Made by a program: the position numbers and the translations under genes. A DNA stretch of 32,323 bases from the NCBI GenBank assembly GCA_041493245.1, contig JBGPYK010000002.1, forward strand, positions 1 to 32,323, in the 5' to 3' direction. This DNA comes from Candidatus Methylomirabilia bacterium (lineage in GTDB: Bacteria; Methylomirabilota; Methylomirabilia; Rokubacteriales; CSP1-6). The notes under the pieces were generated by a model that saw nothing but the letters and a program-made list of their open reading frames with translations, did not search any database and was not told the DNA's origin. Below are positions 1 through 8,444 of the stretch, one piece after another (the stretch's first letter is position 1; each line of letters opens with the position of its first letter).

Positions 1-330
1 CTCGCGCCCGGAGTCGCCCACGCGCACGCCGTCGTCCTCGGGCAGCGCGATCCCCGCGGTCTTGGCCAGCGCGCGCACGGCCTCGGGGAAGGACAGCCGG
101 TCCTGACGCATGAGGAAACCGAACGCGTCGCCGCCGATGCCGCAGCCGAAGCAGTGGAAGATGCCCTTGCGTGGATTGACCATGAAGGAGGGCGTCTTCT
201 CGCCGTGGAACGGACAGAGCCCCTTCCAGTTGACGCCGGCCTTCTTGAGGTTCACGAAGCGGCCGACGAGGTCGACGATATCGACGCCGGTCCGGATCTC
301 GTCGAGCAGCCCCGGGGAATATCCCGCCAT
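1..330 (-). CDS. dnaG: DNA primase DnaG, N-terminal 110 codons (gene continues past window start)
   Basis: Not in the ORF track because it runs off the window. Reverse-strand translation from ATG at 330-328 gives MAGYSPGLLDEIRTGVDIVDLVGRFVNLKKAGVNWKGLCPFHGEKTPSFMVNPRKGIFHCFGCGIGGDAFGFLMRQDRLSFPEAV... This is the CHC2 zinc-finger N-terminus typical of bacterial primase (CPFH...HCFGCG). Confidence 0.9.
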   Translation of the reverse strand, partial: MAGYSPGLLDEIRTGVDIVDLVGRFVNLKKAGVNWKGLCPFHGEKTPSFMVNPRKGIFHCFGCGIGGDAFGFLMRQDRLSFPEAVRALAKTAGIALPEDDGVRVGDSGRE

Positions 331-382
331 CAGCCGATCGTCCATGCGGTCGTCATCAGCCGACCGTCCATGCGGTCGTCAT
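331..382. repeat. Tandem direct repeat, 2 x 26 bp, between the mutS2 stop and the dnaG start
   Basis: 331-356 cagccgatcgtccatgcggtcgtcat and 357-382 cagccgaccgtccatgcggtcgtcat differ at one base. On the minus strand each unit reads ATGACGACCGCATGGACG(G/A)TCGGCTGA. Confidence 0.95.
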
Positions 383-2772
383 CCGCCGACCTTCAATGCC
401 GCCACGGTGGCGCCGGCGCCGCCCTCTGAGCGCTCGCCGTCACGGAAGGACTCGACCAGCGGGTGGGCCGAGAGCAGCGTCCGCACCGTCTTGCGGAGCG
501 CTCCGGTCCCCTTGCCGTGCACCAGCCGAACGATCGGCAATCCCGCCATGAAGGCGTCGTCCAGGTATTGCTCGACCAGCTCGCGGGCCTCGTCCGTGGT
601 GCGTCCCAGAAGATGCAGCTCGGGGCCGACGCCCGTCTTGTCCGGCACGTGGATGGCCGTCCCCGTCCGGCGCCCGGGCGCCGCGGCGACGGGACGCAGG
701 GCCGCCAGCGGCACGCGGACCGTCACGGACCCCGCCTGCACTGTGGCCGTACGGCCTGCGATCGACGCGATCTCTCCGCGCACGCCGAGATGCTCGGCGA
801 CGACGGCGGCGCCGGGCACGAGCGCATCCACTTCGGCCGCGGTGAGGGTGGGGAACGGCGTGGCGGTGGGGGTGATGCGGGTGGCGACCTCGTTGAGCCG
901 GCGGCGGCTCTCGTCGATCGACCGCTTCGAGGAGCGATCGGCACGCTTGAGCCGCTCCCACTCGGCCGACACCGCGCGGCGCACGTCCGCAAGGAGCTGC
1001 GCCGCCTGGTCCTTGGCTCGGGCGAGCGTCTGGTCTGCGCGCGTCTCTGCCGCACTCTCACGCTCGCGCGCCTGCGCCAGCCGCGCCGACACCTCCTGCT
1101 CGCGGCGCTCGATGGTGCGGGTCCGCTCGGCTTCGGTCCGGGTCTGCTCGTCCAGACGCAGGAGCAGCTCGGAGAGCCGGGCGGCCTGCTCCGAGCGGTG
1201 GGCCTGGGCGCGTTCGATCAGGTCCGGCGACAGGCCGAGCCGCCCTGCGATCGTCAGCGCGTAGCTCTGGCCGGGGCGGTCGTAGACCACGCGGAACGTG
1301 GGCGCGAGGGTCGTGGCGTCGAACTCGACCGAGGCGTTGCGGGCGCGGGGGTGTGTGCTCGCGAAGGCCTTGAGCGGCTCCAGGTGCGTCGTCGCCATGA
1401 CGAGGGCACCCCGCGCCGCCAGCTCCTCGAGGATCGCCTGGGCGAGGGCCGCGCCCTCGTCGGGATCCGTCCCCGCGCCCAGCTCGTCCAGGAGCACGAG
1501 CGAGCGCTCGTCGGCCTCGGCGAGGACTCCGCGCACTTGCTTGACGAACGCCGAGAACGTCGACAGGTTCTCGGCCACGCTCTGGTCGTCGCCGATGATG
1601 GCGTGGAGCTGCTCGAACACGGGCAGCCGCGAGCCCTCCGCGGCGGGGATGTGGCAGCCGACCTGGGTCATGAGCGCGTGCAACGCGAGGGTCTTGAGCG
1701 CGATGGTCTTGCCGCCCGCGTTCGGGCCGGTGATGACGAGGAGGGGGCGGTCGCGGCCGATCTCGATGTCGACGGGCACGACCTCACGCGACCCGTCGCG
1801 CCAGGTCTGGGCGAGGAGGAGCGGGTGGCGCGCCGCCGCCAGGGCTACGCGGCCGTGGGCATCGATCACGGGGCGCGTCGCCCGCATCCGCTCGGCAAGC
1901 TGCCCCCGCGCAAAGACCCAGTCCAGCTCCCCGATCAGCTCCACCAGCCGCTGGAGCTGATCGCCGCGCTCGCGCACGGCGTCCGTCAGCGCGGCGAGGA
2001 TCCGCGCGACCTCCGCCTCCTCCTCGCGTGCCATCTGGACGAGATCGTTGTTGGCCTCGACCACCTCGGCGGGCTCGACGAAGAGGGTCTGGCCGCTCTG
2101 GGAGCGGTCGTGGACGATGCCGCGGACCCGGCTCCGCGCCTCGGCCCGAACGGGGAGCACGTAGCGGCCGTGACGCAGGGTCACGAAGCGATCGGCGAGG
2201 ATCCGATCCGCCTCGGCCGACTGGAACATGCGCTCGAGGTCGCCGACGATCCGCTTGCGGCGCTCGCGGACCTCGCGGCGGAGCTGGCGCAGGCGGGGGC
2301 TCGCCTCGTCACGCACCGCGCCCTCGTCGTCGAGCGCCCGCCGCAGCGCCTCAGCAAGATCCGCCACCCTCGGCAGCGCCGCGGTGAGCGCGGCGATCCG
2401 CGGGGCGACGCCGTCCAGGCCGCGGCCGTAGGCGGAGACCCTCGCGGCAGCGTCGAGTACGGGCAGGAGGAGAATGAGATCAGCGCCCTCGAGCACGCTA
2501 CCGACGACGCGGCAGTGCTCGAGGATCACGCGCACGTCAGGAACACCGTTGAGCGGCGGCGCGCCCGACTTGGTCAGCGCCAGGCGCGCCTGTCCTGTCA
2601 TCTCGACCGCGGATTCGATGGTGAAGGGCTCGACCGCCGGCTCAGCCGCCCGAGCCCGCTCCCGGCCCATCTCGGTCCGGGCTTCACCGCCGAGGAGCTC
2701 CCGGACCGCGTCCCACTCGATGCCCCGTCCCCAGATCCGCCCTGCCTCCATCCGTCGCCTGTTGTCCGCCAC
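379..2772 (-). CDS. mutS2: Endonuclease MutS2 (MutS ATPase plus C-terminal Smr domain)
   Basis: 797-aa ORF. It has Walker A GPNAGGKT, LLDELGAGTDP, and a C-terminal Smr-like block LHLLGRTTDEARELVEQYLDDAFMAGLPIVRLVHGKGTGALR. Third-position GC is high in this frame. An alternative ATG lies at 2751. Confidence 0.9.
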   Translation of the reverse strand: MADNRRRMEAGRIWGRGIEWDAVRELLGGEARTEMGRERARAAEPAVEPFTIESAVEMTGQARLALTKSGAPPLNGVPDVRVILEHCRVVGSVLEGADLILLLPVLDAAARVSAYGRGLDGVAPRIAALTAALPRVADLAEALRRALDDEGAVRDEASPRLRQLRREVRERRKRIVGDLERMFQSAEADRILADRFVTLRHGRYVLPVRAEARSRVRGIVHDRSQSGQTLFVEPAEVVEANNDLVQMAREEEAEVARILAALTDAVRERGDQLQRLVELIGELDWVFARGQLAERMRATRPVIDAHGRVALAAARHPLLLAQTWRDGSREVVPVDIEIGRDRPLLVITGPNAGGKTIALKTLALHALMTQVGCHIPAAEGSRLPVFEQLHAIIGDDQSVAENLSTFSAFVKQVRGVLAEADERSLVLLDELGAGTDPDEGAALAQAILEELAARGALVMATTHLEPLKAFASTHPRARNASVEFDATTLAPTFRVVYDRPGQSYALTIAGRLGLSPDLIERAQAHRSEQAARLSELLLRLDEQTRTEAERTRTIERREQEVSARLAQARERESAAETRADQTLARAKDQAAQLLADVRRAVSAEWERLKRADRSSKRSIDESRRRLNEVATRITPTATPFPTLTAAEVDALVPGAAVVAEHLGVRGEIASIAGRTATVQAGSVTVRVPLAALRPVAAAPGRRTGTAIHVPDKTGVGPELHLLGRTTDEARELVEQYLDDAFMAGLPIVRLVHGKGTGALRKTVRTLLSAHPLVESFRDGERSEGGAGATVAALKVGG

Positions 2773-2836
2773 CGCCTCGGGGAGTGACTCTCCCGTGGCG
2801 GGGAGTGCCGGCGCGTGAGCTGGACTGGCGCCGGTG

Positions 2837-3031
2837 CTAATCGGAGAACCGCTCGCGACGCTTCGCTTTCTTGCGGGCCACCAGCGCTTTCCGCTTCCGC
2901 TTGACGCTGGGCTTCTCGTAGTGCTGACGCTTCTTGACCTCGGAGAGGAGCCCGACCTTCTCGCACTGCTTCTTAAAGCGCTTCAGCGCGCTCTCGAAGG
3001 ACTCGTCGGGCTCGACGATGACTTTGGTCAC
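2837..3031 (-). CDS. rpsU: 30S ribosomal protein S21
   Basis: (V)[63 protein letters not shown] matches the S21 family. I place the start at GTG 3031-3029 because GGAGGGAG lies 5 nt upstream on the minus strand. The 107-aa track ORF (to 3160) over-extends the N-terminus. Confidence 0.88.
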   Translation of the reverse strand: MTKVIVEPDESFESALKRFKKQCEKVGLLSEVKKRQHYEKPSVKRKRKALVARKKAKRRERFSD

Positions 3032-3068
3032 CGAACTCCCTCCCTCACCGCGTCCGTGGAACCCGTCG

Positions 3069-3098
3069 AATAAACGATAACTGTATACCATCTGGCAA
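3069..3098 (-). promoter_or_regulatory. Possible sigma70-type promoter for rpsU (TTGCCA-N18-TTTATT on the minus strand)
   Basis: A locally AT-rich island lies in the divergent gap. The minus strand reads gggggTTGCCAgatggtatacagttatcgTTTATTcgac, about 35 nt upstream of the rpsU GTG. The match is hexamer-level only. Confidence 0.3.
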
Positions 3099-3185
3099 CC
3101 CCCTTCGCCAGTCGTCGGCGGGGGTGGTGCGGAGCCCGCGCTTCCTCTAGACTGGACCATCGTTACCGCGCCATCCGTCTACACC

Positions 3186-4394
3186 GTGCTGCCGTTCGTC
3201 GCCATGCTGCTGGCCATTGCCGTTTGTCCCCTGCGGGTGCCCCAGTGGTGGGAACCCAACCGGAACAAGTTCCTGGTCGCGGCCCTCCTCGGCGCTCCCA
3301 TTTTCGCCCTGTATCTGGCGCGCGCACCGGACGTCCTCGTGCACATGGCCGAGGAGTACGTCTCCTTCATCATCCTGCTCGCCGGACTCTACGTGATCTC
3401 CGGCGGCATCCTGCTCCGCGGTGACCTCGTCGCCACGCCGCTGACCAACGCGGGGTTCCTCGCCGCCGGCAGCCTGCTGGCCTCCTGCATCGGCACGACG
3501 GGCGCCTCGATGCTGCTGATCCGTCCGCTGTTGCAGACCAACCGCGAGCGCCGCCGGGTGAAGCACACCGTGATCTTCTTCATCTTCCTGGTCTCGAACA
3601 TCGGGGGCATGCTGACGCCGCTCGGGGATCCGCCGCTGTTCCTCGGCTACCTGCAGGGCGTGCCCTTCGTGTGGACCTTCCGGCTGTGGCCGATGTGGCT
3701 CGTGATGGTCGCCGTGCTCCTCGTCACCTACGTCGTCTGGGACTCGCGGCAGTTCGCGCGCGAGTCTCTGGCCGCGCTCGCGCGGGACCGCAGCCGGATC
3801 GAGCCGCTGAGGATGCGTGGCGCCATGAATGTCGTGTGGCTCGTCGGCGTCGTGGCGGCCGTCGCGTTCCTGCACGCGCCGCTCCGGGAGATCGTCATCG
3901 TCGTCCTCGCCGCGCTCTCGCTCTGGCGGACGCCGCGCGAGATCCGTCGGGCCAACGGGTTCACGGCCTACCCGATGGTCGAAGTGGCTGTGCTCTTCTT
4001 CGGCATCTTCCTGACGATGATCCCGGCCCTCGAGCTGCTCCGGCTGCGGGGCGGCGAGCTGGCCGTGCGCGAGCCCTGGCAGTTCTTCTGGGCCAGCGGC
4101 GCGCTCTCGTCCTTCCTCGACAACGCGCCCACCTATCTGACCTTCCTGGCGCTGGGGCAGGGGCTGGGACTGGCCGACGAGGTGGTCGGGGTGCCGCAGG
4201 CGATCCTCGCTGCCATCAGCGTCGGGTCGGTCGCGATGGGGGCCAACACGTACATCGGAAACGCGCCGAACTTCATGGTGAAGTCGATCGCCGAGGAGGC
4301 CGGCGTCAAGATGCCGAGCTTCTTCGGCTACACGCTCTACAGCGGCGCCATCCTCATCCCACTCTTCGTCCTCGCCACGCGACTCTTTTTTTAG
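3186..4394 (+). CDS. ArsB/NhaD-superfamily ion transporter (putative Na+/H+ antiporter / CitMHS-like permease)
   Basis: 402-aa polytopic membrane protein. Its N-terminus (LAIAVCPLRVPQWWEPNRNKFLVAALLG) and C-terminal block (SFLDNAPTYLTFLAL...GANTYIGNAPNFMV) resemble proteins annotated as sodium:proton antiporter. It starts at GTG with no obvious SD. Confidence 0.6.
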   Translation: MLPFVAMLLAIAVCPLRVPQWWEPNRNKFLVAALLGAPIFALYLARAPDVLVHMAEEYVSFIILLAGLYVISGGILLRGDLVATPLTNAGFLAAGSLLASCIGTTGASMLLIRPLLQTNRERRRVKHTVIFFIFLVSNIGGMLTPLGDPPLFLGYLQGVPFVWTFRLWPMWLVMVAVLLVTYVVWDSRQFARESLAALARDRSRIEPLRMRGAMNVVWLVGVVAAVAFLHAPLREIVIVVLAALSLWRTPREIRRANGFTAYPMVEVAVLFFGIFLTMIPALELLRLRGGELAVREPWQFFWASGALSSFLDNAPTYLTFLALGQGLGLADEVVGVPQAILAAISVGSVAMGANTYIGNAPNFMVKSIAEEAGVKMPSFFGYTLYSGAILIPLFVLATRLFF

Positions 4395-4930
4395 CCGCGC
4401 GGCGGGCGGGCGACCAGCTCCAGCACGCGCTGGGCGGCGAGGGCGACGGCCTCCTCGACGACCGGCAGCTCGTCACGCTCGAAGCGGTCCAGCACGTGGT
4501 CGGCGACGTCCTCCTTCCGCTCCGGCCGGCCGATCCCGATTTTCACCCGGCGGATCTCCGAGGTGGCGACCGTCTCGATGATCGAGCGGACGCCGTTGTG
4601 GCCGCCGTGACTGCCCTTCATCCGCACCCGAACTGTCCCGAGGGGAAGGTCGATGTCGTCGTAGACCACGATGAGATCGGCGGCGTCGGCATGCAGGCGC
4701 CGGAGGGCGGCGGCGACAGCGCCGCCGGCAACGTTCATGAAACTCTGGGGTTTGACCAGATGGACCGTCTCGTCGCGCCAGCGGCCGCGGGCCACCAGCG
4801 CCGGCCCGTCTTCGCGCCACCCGGCGCGCAGGGTGAGGGCCAGGTGATCGAGGACACGCTGGCCCACGTTGTGGCGGGTACCCTGGTACTTCGGGCCGGG
4901 ATTGCCCAGCCCCGCCACGACGTGGGCCAC
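4391..4930 (-). CDS. pth: Peptidyl-tRNA hydrolase
   Basis: (M)AHVVAGLGNPGPKYQGTRHNVGQRVLD...SHGGHNGVRSI carries the classic Pth motifs. The start is GTG. Its stop overlaps the stop of the convergent transporter gene (TTAG at 4391-4394). Confidence 0.92.
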   Translation of the reverse strand: MAHVVAGLGNPGPKYQGTRHNVGQRVLDHLALTLRAGWREDGPALVARGRWRDETVHLVKPQSFMNVAGGAVAAALRRLHADAADLIVVYDDIDLPLGTVRVRMKGSHGGHNGVRSIIETVATSEIRRVKIGIGRPERKEDVADHVLDRFERDELPVVEEAVALAAQRVLELVARPPRG

Positions 4931-4945
4931 GCGCGGAGGGCCCCG

Positions 4946-5626
4946 CTACTTCTTGCCCTTCTTGCTGTCGTCCGCGGATTCCTCTTCCTTGGGCTTGCGC
5001 TCGGTGAGCACTTCGGGCTCGGCCGTCGTCGCGGCGGCGGGCGCTACGGGTGCCGCGACCTCTTCGGCCCTCGGCGGCGCTACCGTAACCACGGCTTGGC
5101 CGGGGTCGTTCAGGATGCGTACGCCCTCGGGCGCCTGCAGCTCGGCGACGGTGAGGACGTTGCCGATCATGAGCGCCGTGACATCCGCGTCGATCCGCTC
5201 CGGGATCAGCGTGGGCAGGCAGGAGATGTCCAGCTCGTGGATGATGAGGTTCAGGATGCCCTTCTGATCCTTCACGCCGGCGGCCTCGCCCACGGGGTGC
5301 ACGGCGACGCGGACGGTGATCGCCCGGTCGGCCGTGACCTCCTGGAGGTCGACGTGCAGGAGGCGCTCGGACACGGGGTCGAATTGGAGATCGCGGATGA
5401 TGGCCATGCGCGAGCCGTCCCCGCCCTCGAACGTGAGGGTGAGGAGCTGGGTGCTGCCCCCGTGGCCGTGGATGATCCGGAGCACCGCCTTCGGATCGAT
5501 GGTGATCGCTTCGGGGCGGGCGCCGCCGTAGAGCACGGCGGGGACCACGCCCGCGCGCCGGAGGCGCTTGGCGACCTGCTTGCCCGTCTCCACGCGCCGC
5601 TTGATCGTCAGCTCCTGCATCTGCAT
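4946..5626 (-). CDS. rplY: 50S ribosomal protein L25 / general stress protein Ctc
   Basis: MQMQELTIKRRVETGKQVAKRLRRAGVVPAVLYGG... with an acidic/lysine-rich C-terminal tail. ATG at 5626-5624 is preceded by GAAGGAG. The track ORF extends 72 codons further upstream, into prs. Confidence 0.88.
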   Translation of the reverse strand: MQMQELTIKRRVETGKQVAKRLRRAGVVPAVLYGGARPEAITIDPKAVLRIIHGHGGSTQLLTLTFEGGDGSRMAIIRDLQFDPVSERLLHVDLQEVTADRAITVRVAVHPVGEAAGVKDQKGILNLIIHELDISCLPTLIPERIDADVTALMIGNVLTVAELQAPEGVRILNDPGQAVVTVAPPRAEEVAAPVAPAAATTAEPEVLTERKPKEEESADDSKKGKK

Positions 5627-5637
5627 GGAACGCTCCT

Positions 5638-6576
5638 TCACACGAACAGGGTGGACACAGACTCCTCGTCGTGAATCCGACGGATCGCTTCGCCCAGCAG
5701 CGGAGCCACACTCAGCACCGTGACGCGGGCCGCCAGCTTGTCCGACGAGACAGGGATCGAGTTCGTGACGATGACCTCCTCCAGCGGGGAGGCCTTGATG
5801 CGCTCGATGGCGGGTCCGGAGAGCACCGGGTGGACGCCGCACGCTAGAATCCGGCTGGCGCCCTCGCGCTCGAGGGCTTCCACCGCCTGGATGAGCGTGC
5901 CGGCGGTGTCGATCATATCGTCGATCACCACCGCCTCTTTGCCCGCGACGTCGCCGATAAGGTACATGACCACCGCGACGTTCGGGCCTTCGCGGCGCTT
6001 GTCGATGATGGCGAGCCCCGCATGCAGCCGCTTGGCGATGGCGCGCGCGCGCTCGACACCGCCGGCGTCGGGGGAGACGATCACCGGGTCCTTGAGGTCC
6101 TTCTTGCCGAGGTAGTCGATGATCACGGGCGCGGCGAAGAGATGGTCGACCGGGATGTTGAAGAAGCCCTGGATCTGGCCGGCATGCAGGTCGAGGGCGA
6201 GCACGCGGTCGACCCCGGCCGCCTCCAAGAGGTCGGCGACGAGCCGGGCCGTGATCGGCACGCGGGATTGGGACTTGCGGTCCTGCCGCGCGTAGCCGTA
6301 GTAGGGCAGCACGGCGGTGATCCGGCGCACCGACGCGCGCTTGAACGCGTCGATCATCACCAGCAGCTCCATCAGCGTGTCGTTCACGGGCGGGCAGGTG
6401 GGCTGGACGACGAAGACGTCGGCCCCGCGGACGTTCTCGTTGACCTTCACGAACACCTCGCCGTCCGAGAAGCGCGTGACCTCCGCGTCGCTCAGGGGGA
6501 TGCGGAGGTATTGAGCGATCTCCTCGGCCAGGCCGCGGTTGGCGTTGCCTGAGAACAGCTTGAGCTCGTAGGTCAT
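5638..6576 (-). CDS. prs: Ribose-phosphate pyrophosphokinase
   Basis: 312 aa: [24 protein letters not shown]...[10 protein letters not shown]...[11 protein letters not shown]...DDMIDTAGT. These are canonical PRPP synthetase motifs. Confidence 0.93.
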   Translation of the reverse strand: MTYELKLFSGNANRGLAEEIAQYLRIPLSDAEVTRFSDGEVFVKVNENVRGADVFVVQPTCPPVNDTLMELLVMIDAFKRASVRRITAVLPYYGYARQDRKSQSRVPITARLVADLLEAAGVDRVLALDLHAGQIQGFFNIPVDHLFAAPVIIDYLGKKDLKDPVIVSPDAGGVERARAIAKRLHAGLAIIDKRREGPNVAVVMYLIGDVAGKEAVVIDDMIDTAGTLIQAVEALEREGASRILACGVHPVLSGPAIERIKASPLEEVIVTNSIPVSSDKLAARVTVLSVAPLLGEAIRRIHDEESVSTLFV

Positions 6577-6614
6577 ACGCGCCTCACCGAGTCGGTGGCA
6601 GTGCGAGGGGAGCC

Positions 6615-6638
6615 GGGCTCGGCCGGCGAGCCGAGCCC
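6615..6638 (-). other. GC-rich hairpin between tRNA-Gln and prs (possible processing or terminator structure)
   Basis: GGGCTCGGC-N6-GCCGAGCCC forms a perfect 9-bp stem. It begins 9 nt downstream of the tRNA 3' end on the minus strand. No U-tract follows. Confidence 0.25.
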
Positions 6639-6646
6639 TTCAAGCG

Positions 6647-6721
6647 TGGTTGGGGCGGGAGGATTCGAACCTCCGAATACGGGAGCCAAAGTCCCGCGCC
6701 TTGCCACTTGGCCACGCCCCA
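6647..6721 (-). tRNA. tRNA-Gln (anticodon UUG)
   Basis: The minus strand reads TGGGGCG-TG-GCCAAGTGGCAAGGC-G-CGGGA-CTTTGGC-TCCCG-TATTC-GGAGG-TTCGAAT-CCTCC-CGCCCCA-A-CCA. That gives a 7-bp acceptor stem, a 5-bp anticodon stem, U33, anticodon TTG, a T-loop TTCGAAT and an encoded CCA, 75 nt in total. Confidence 0.93.
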
Positions 6722-6741
6722 CTGAATGTCCCTCCCGCCGT

Positions 6742-7665
6742 TCACCGCTTCCGGCCTTTACGGAACCGCACCGCCGGCCCTGCCAGCGTCCGCACCGCCC
6801 AGCACTCCCAGGACCCGCGCTGCACGCGCCGGCGGATCTGCCGGGCGTGGTCCAGCGAGCGCGCCACGCCGAAGACGGTGGGCCCGCTCCCGGACATCAG
6901 CGCCCCCAGCGCGCCGGCGGCGAGGAGCGCCGCCTTCATCTGCCCAATCTCGGGGTGTGCCGGCGCCACGGCGGCCTCGAGACCATTGTAAAGGTTTCCA
7001 GCGACCTGCACCGCACGTCGCGAGCCCACCGCGGCCACGACCGCCCGGGCTCGGGCGCCATCGGAGTACATCTCCGGCGTCATCCGGCCATACGCCTCGG
7101 CCGTGCGCGAGGCGAACCGCGGGTTGACGAGCACGAGCGCGAGCGTCGTCCCCGGCACCCGGTCCAGCTTCTCCCCACGGCCGGTGGCGAACGCGGTCCC
7201 ACCGCGCAGGAAGAACGGCACGTCCATCCCCAGCGTCACCGCCACGTCCGCGAGTCGCGCGAGGGGCCAGCGCAGCCGCCAGAGCCGGTTGAGCCCGAGC
7301 AGCACGGCGGCGGCGTCCGTCGATCCACCGCCGAGACCGGCGGCGACGGGGATGCGCTTGTCCAGGGTGATTCGCACCCCGCGCTCGACGCCGGCGGCCT
7401 CGCGGAGCACCAGCGCCGCCCGGAGCGCCAGGTTCGAAGCGTCCGTTGGAATTCCGGAAGCTGTGGTTCGGAGCTCGAGGGCCTCGGCGTCCTCCAGGAT
7501 GACCCGGTCGGAAAGCTCCACGGCCTGCATCACCGTGACGAGCTCGTGATAGCCGTCGGCCCGCTGCGTCAGAACCTCGAGGGCCAGGTTGACCTTGCCC
7601 GCAGCGCTGAGCTCGAGCCGACGACCGCGTTCCGCCCCCCTCGACAAGGCACCGAAGCCTAACAC
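6742..7665 (-). CDS. ispE: 4-diphosphocytidyl-2-C-methyl-D-erythritol kinase
   Basis: ...AAGKVNLALEVLTQRADGYHELVTVMQAV...DKRIPVAAGLGGGSTDAAAVLLGLNRLW...MSGSGPTVFG carries the GHMP kinase motifs of IspE. The start is uncertain: GTG 7665 is chosen, and TTG 7647 is possible. The track ORF (to 7917) runs into the upstream gene. Confidence 0.85.
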   Translation of the reverse strand: MLGFGALSRGAERGRRLELSAAGKVNLALEVLTQRADGYHELVTVMQAVELSDRVILEDAEALELRTTASGIPTDASNLALRAALVLREAAGVERGVRITLDKRIPVAAGLGGGSTDAAAVLLGLNRLWRLRWPLARLADVAVTLGMDVPFFLRGGTAFATGRGEKLDRVPGTTLALVLVNPRFASRTAEAYGRMTPEMYSDGARARAVVAAVGSRRAVQVAGNLYNGLEAAVAPAHPEIGQMKAALLAAGALGALMSGSGPTVFGVARSLDHARQIRRRVQRGSWECWAVRTLAGPAVRFRKGRKR

Positions 7666-7676
7666 TCCGGCGCGCG

Positions 7677-8444
7677 TCAGCGCAACCGCTCGATCGACAC
7701 GTCGGCGGGGATCGTGAGCCGGAAGCGTTCGTCGTCGATGCCCGCGCCGACGACAGGGTTCCGGTAGCGCACGCTGCCGGTCACGTTGCCCTGGGCGGCC
7801 CAGAGGTCGAAGCCCGTGAGGGAGCCGTCGGGACCGCGATGGTAGGTGACCCTCGCCTCCAACCTCCCGCCCGTGATCTCGATCTGGCTGACGATTCCGG
7901 TGGCGAAATCCATCCACACCCGCTGGCGGTGCAGGGCGCCGATCAGCTCGACCGAGGAGCCCTGCGCGTCGGGCGGCAGGATCTGCGCGACGCGCAGATC
8001 CTTCGGCGGCACGGCGTGGCCGGCCAGGGCGCCGATGAGATCCTCGGGGTCGACGGGCAGGCTCAGGAGCCGGGCTGCCGTCTCCGCCGTGGCCGGCCCC
8101 ACGACGGCTTCGTGGGAGACGGCGTTGTAGGCGGTGATCTGGCCCTCGTGGATCGTCACGAGCAGCAGGGGCTGCCCGAACGGCGAAAGGCCCTCGAAGC
8201 GGATGGACGCCGGTCCCTTCAGCAGGAGCGCGCCGGTGAGCTGCTGCGTATCGCCTCCGCGCTCCACGCGCACGTCGGCCAGCGTGCGGAGATCGGAGAA
8301 CTCGTGCCAGCGCGCGACGAGCAGCGCGATCGCGCGCCGCGCCTCCTCGTTCACGGGCTCGCGCGGTGGCGGCAGCGCGATCGCGCAGCCCCCGCCCAGC
8401 GAGAGGATCAGCAGGAGACTACTGAGAAGCCTTCGGGCGCTCAC
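7677..8444 (-). CDS. Lipoprotein, LolB-like / DUF4292-like (outer-membrane lipoprotein localisation family, tentative)
   Basis: It has a signal peptide with a lipobox: MSARRLLSSLLLILSLGGGC. The position directly upstream of ispE-prs mirrors the lolB-ispE-prs synteny of Proteobacteria. The function call rests on synteny and size. Confidence 0.5.
   Translation of the reverse strand: MSARRLLSSLLLILSLGGGCAIALPPPREPVNEEARRAIALLVARWHEFSDLRTLADVRVERGGDTQQLTGALLLKGPASIRFEGLSPFGQPLLLVTIHEGQITAYNAVSHEAVVGPATAETAARLLSLPVDPEDLIGALAGHAVPPKDLRVAQILPPDAQGSSVELIGALHRQRVWMDFATGIVSQIEITGGRLEARVTYHRGPDGSLTGFDLWAAQGNVTGSVRYRNPVVGAGIDDERFRLTIPADVSIERLR

Noticed and set aside
463-2787. 774-aa plus-strand ORF
   Set aside because: It is antisense to mutS2. 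The sequence is Arg/Gly/Pro/Ala-rich and low in complexity, with no motifs. This is a typical shadow ORF of a high-GC gene.
3671-5674. 667-aa plus-strand ORF (and the 412-aa minus ORF 4473-5711)
   Set aside because: It is a chimera running out of frame through the transporter 3' end and antisense or out of frame through pth and rplY. Its composition does not look like protein, and the real genes are clearly identified.
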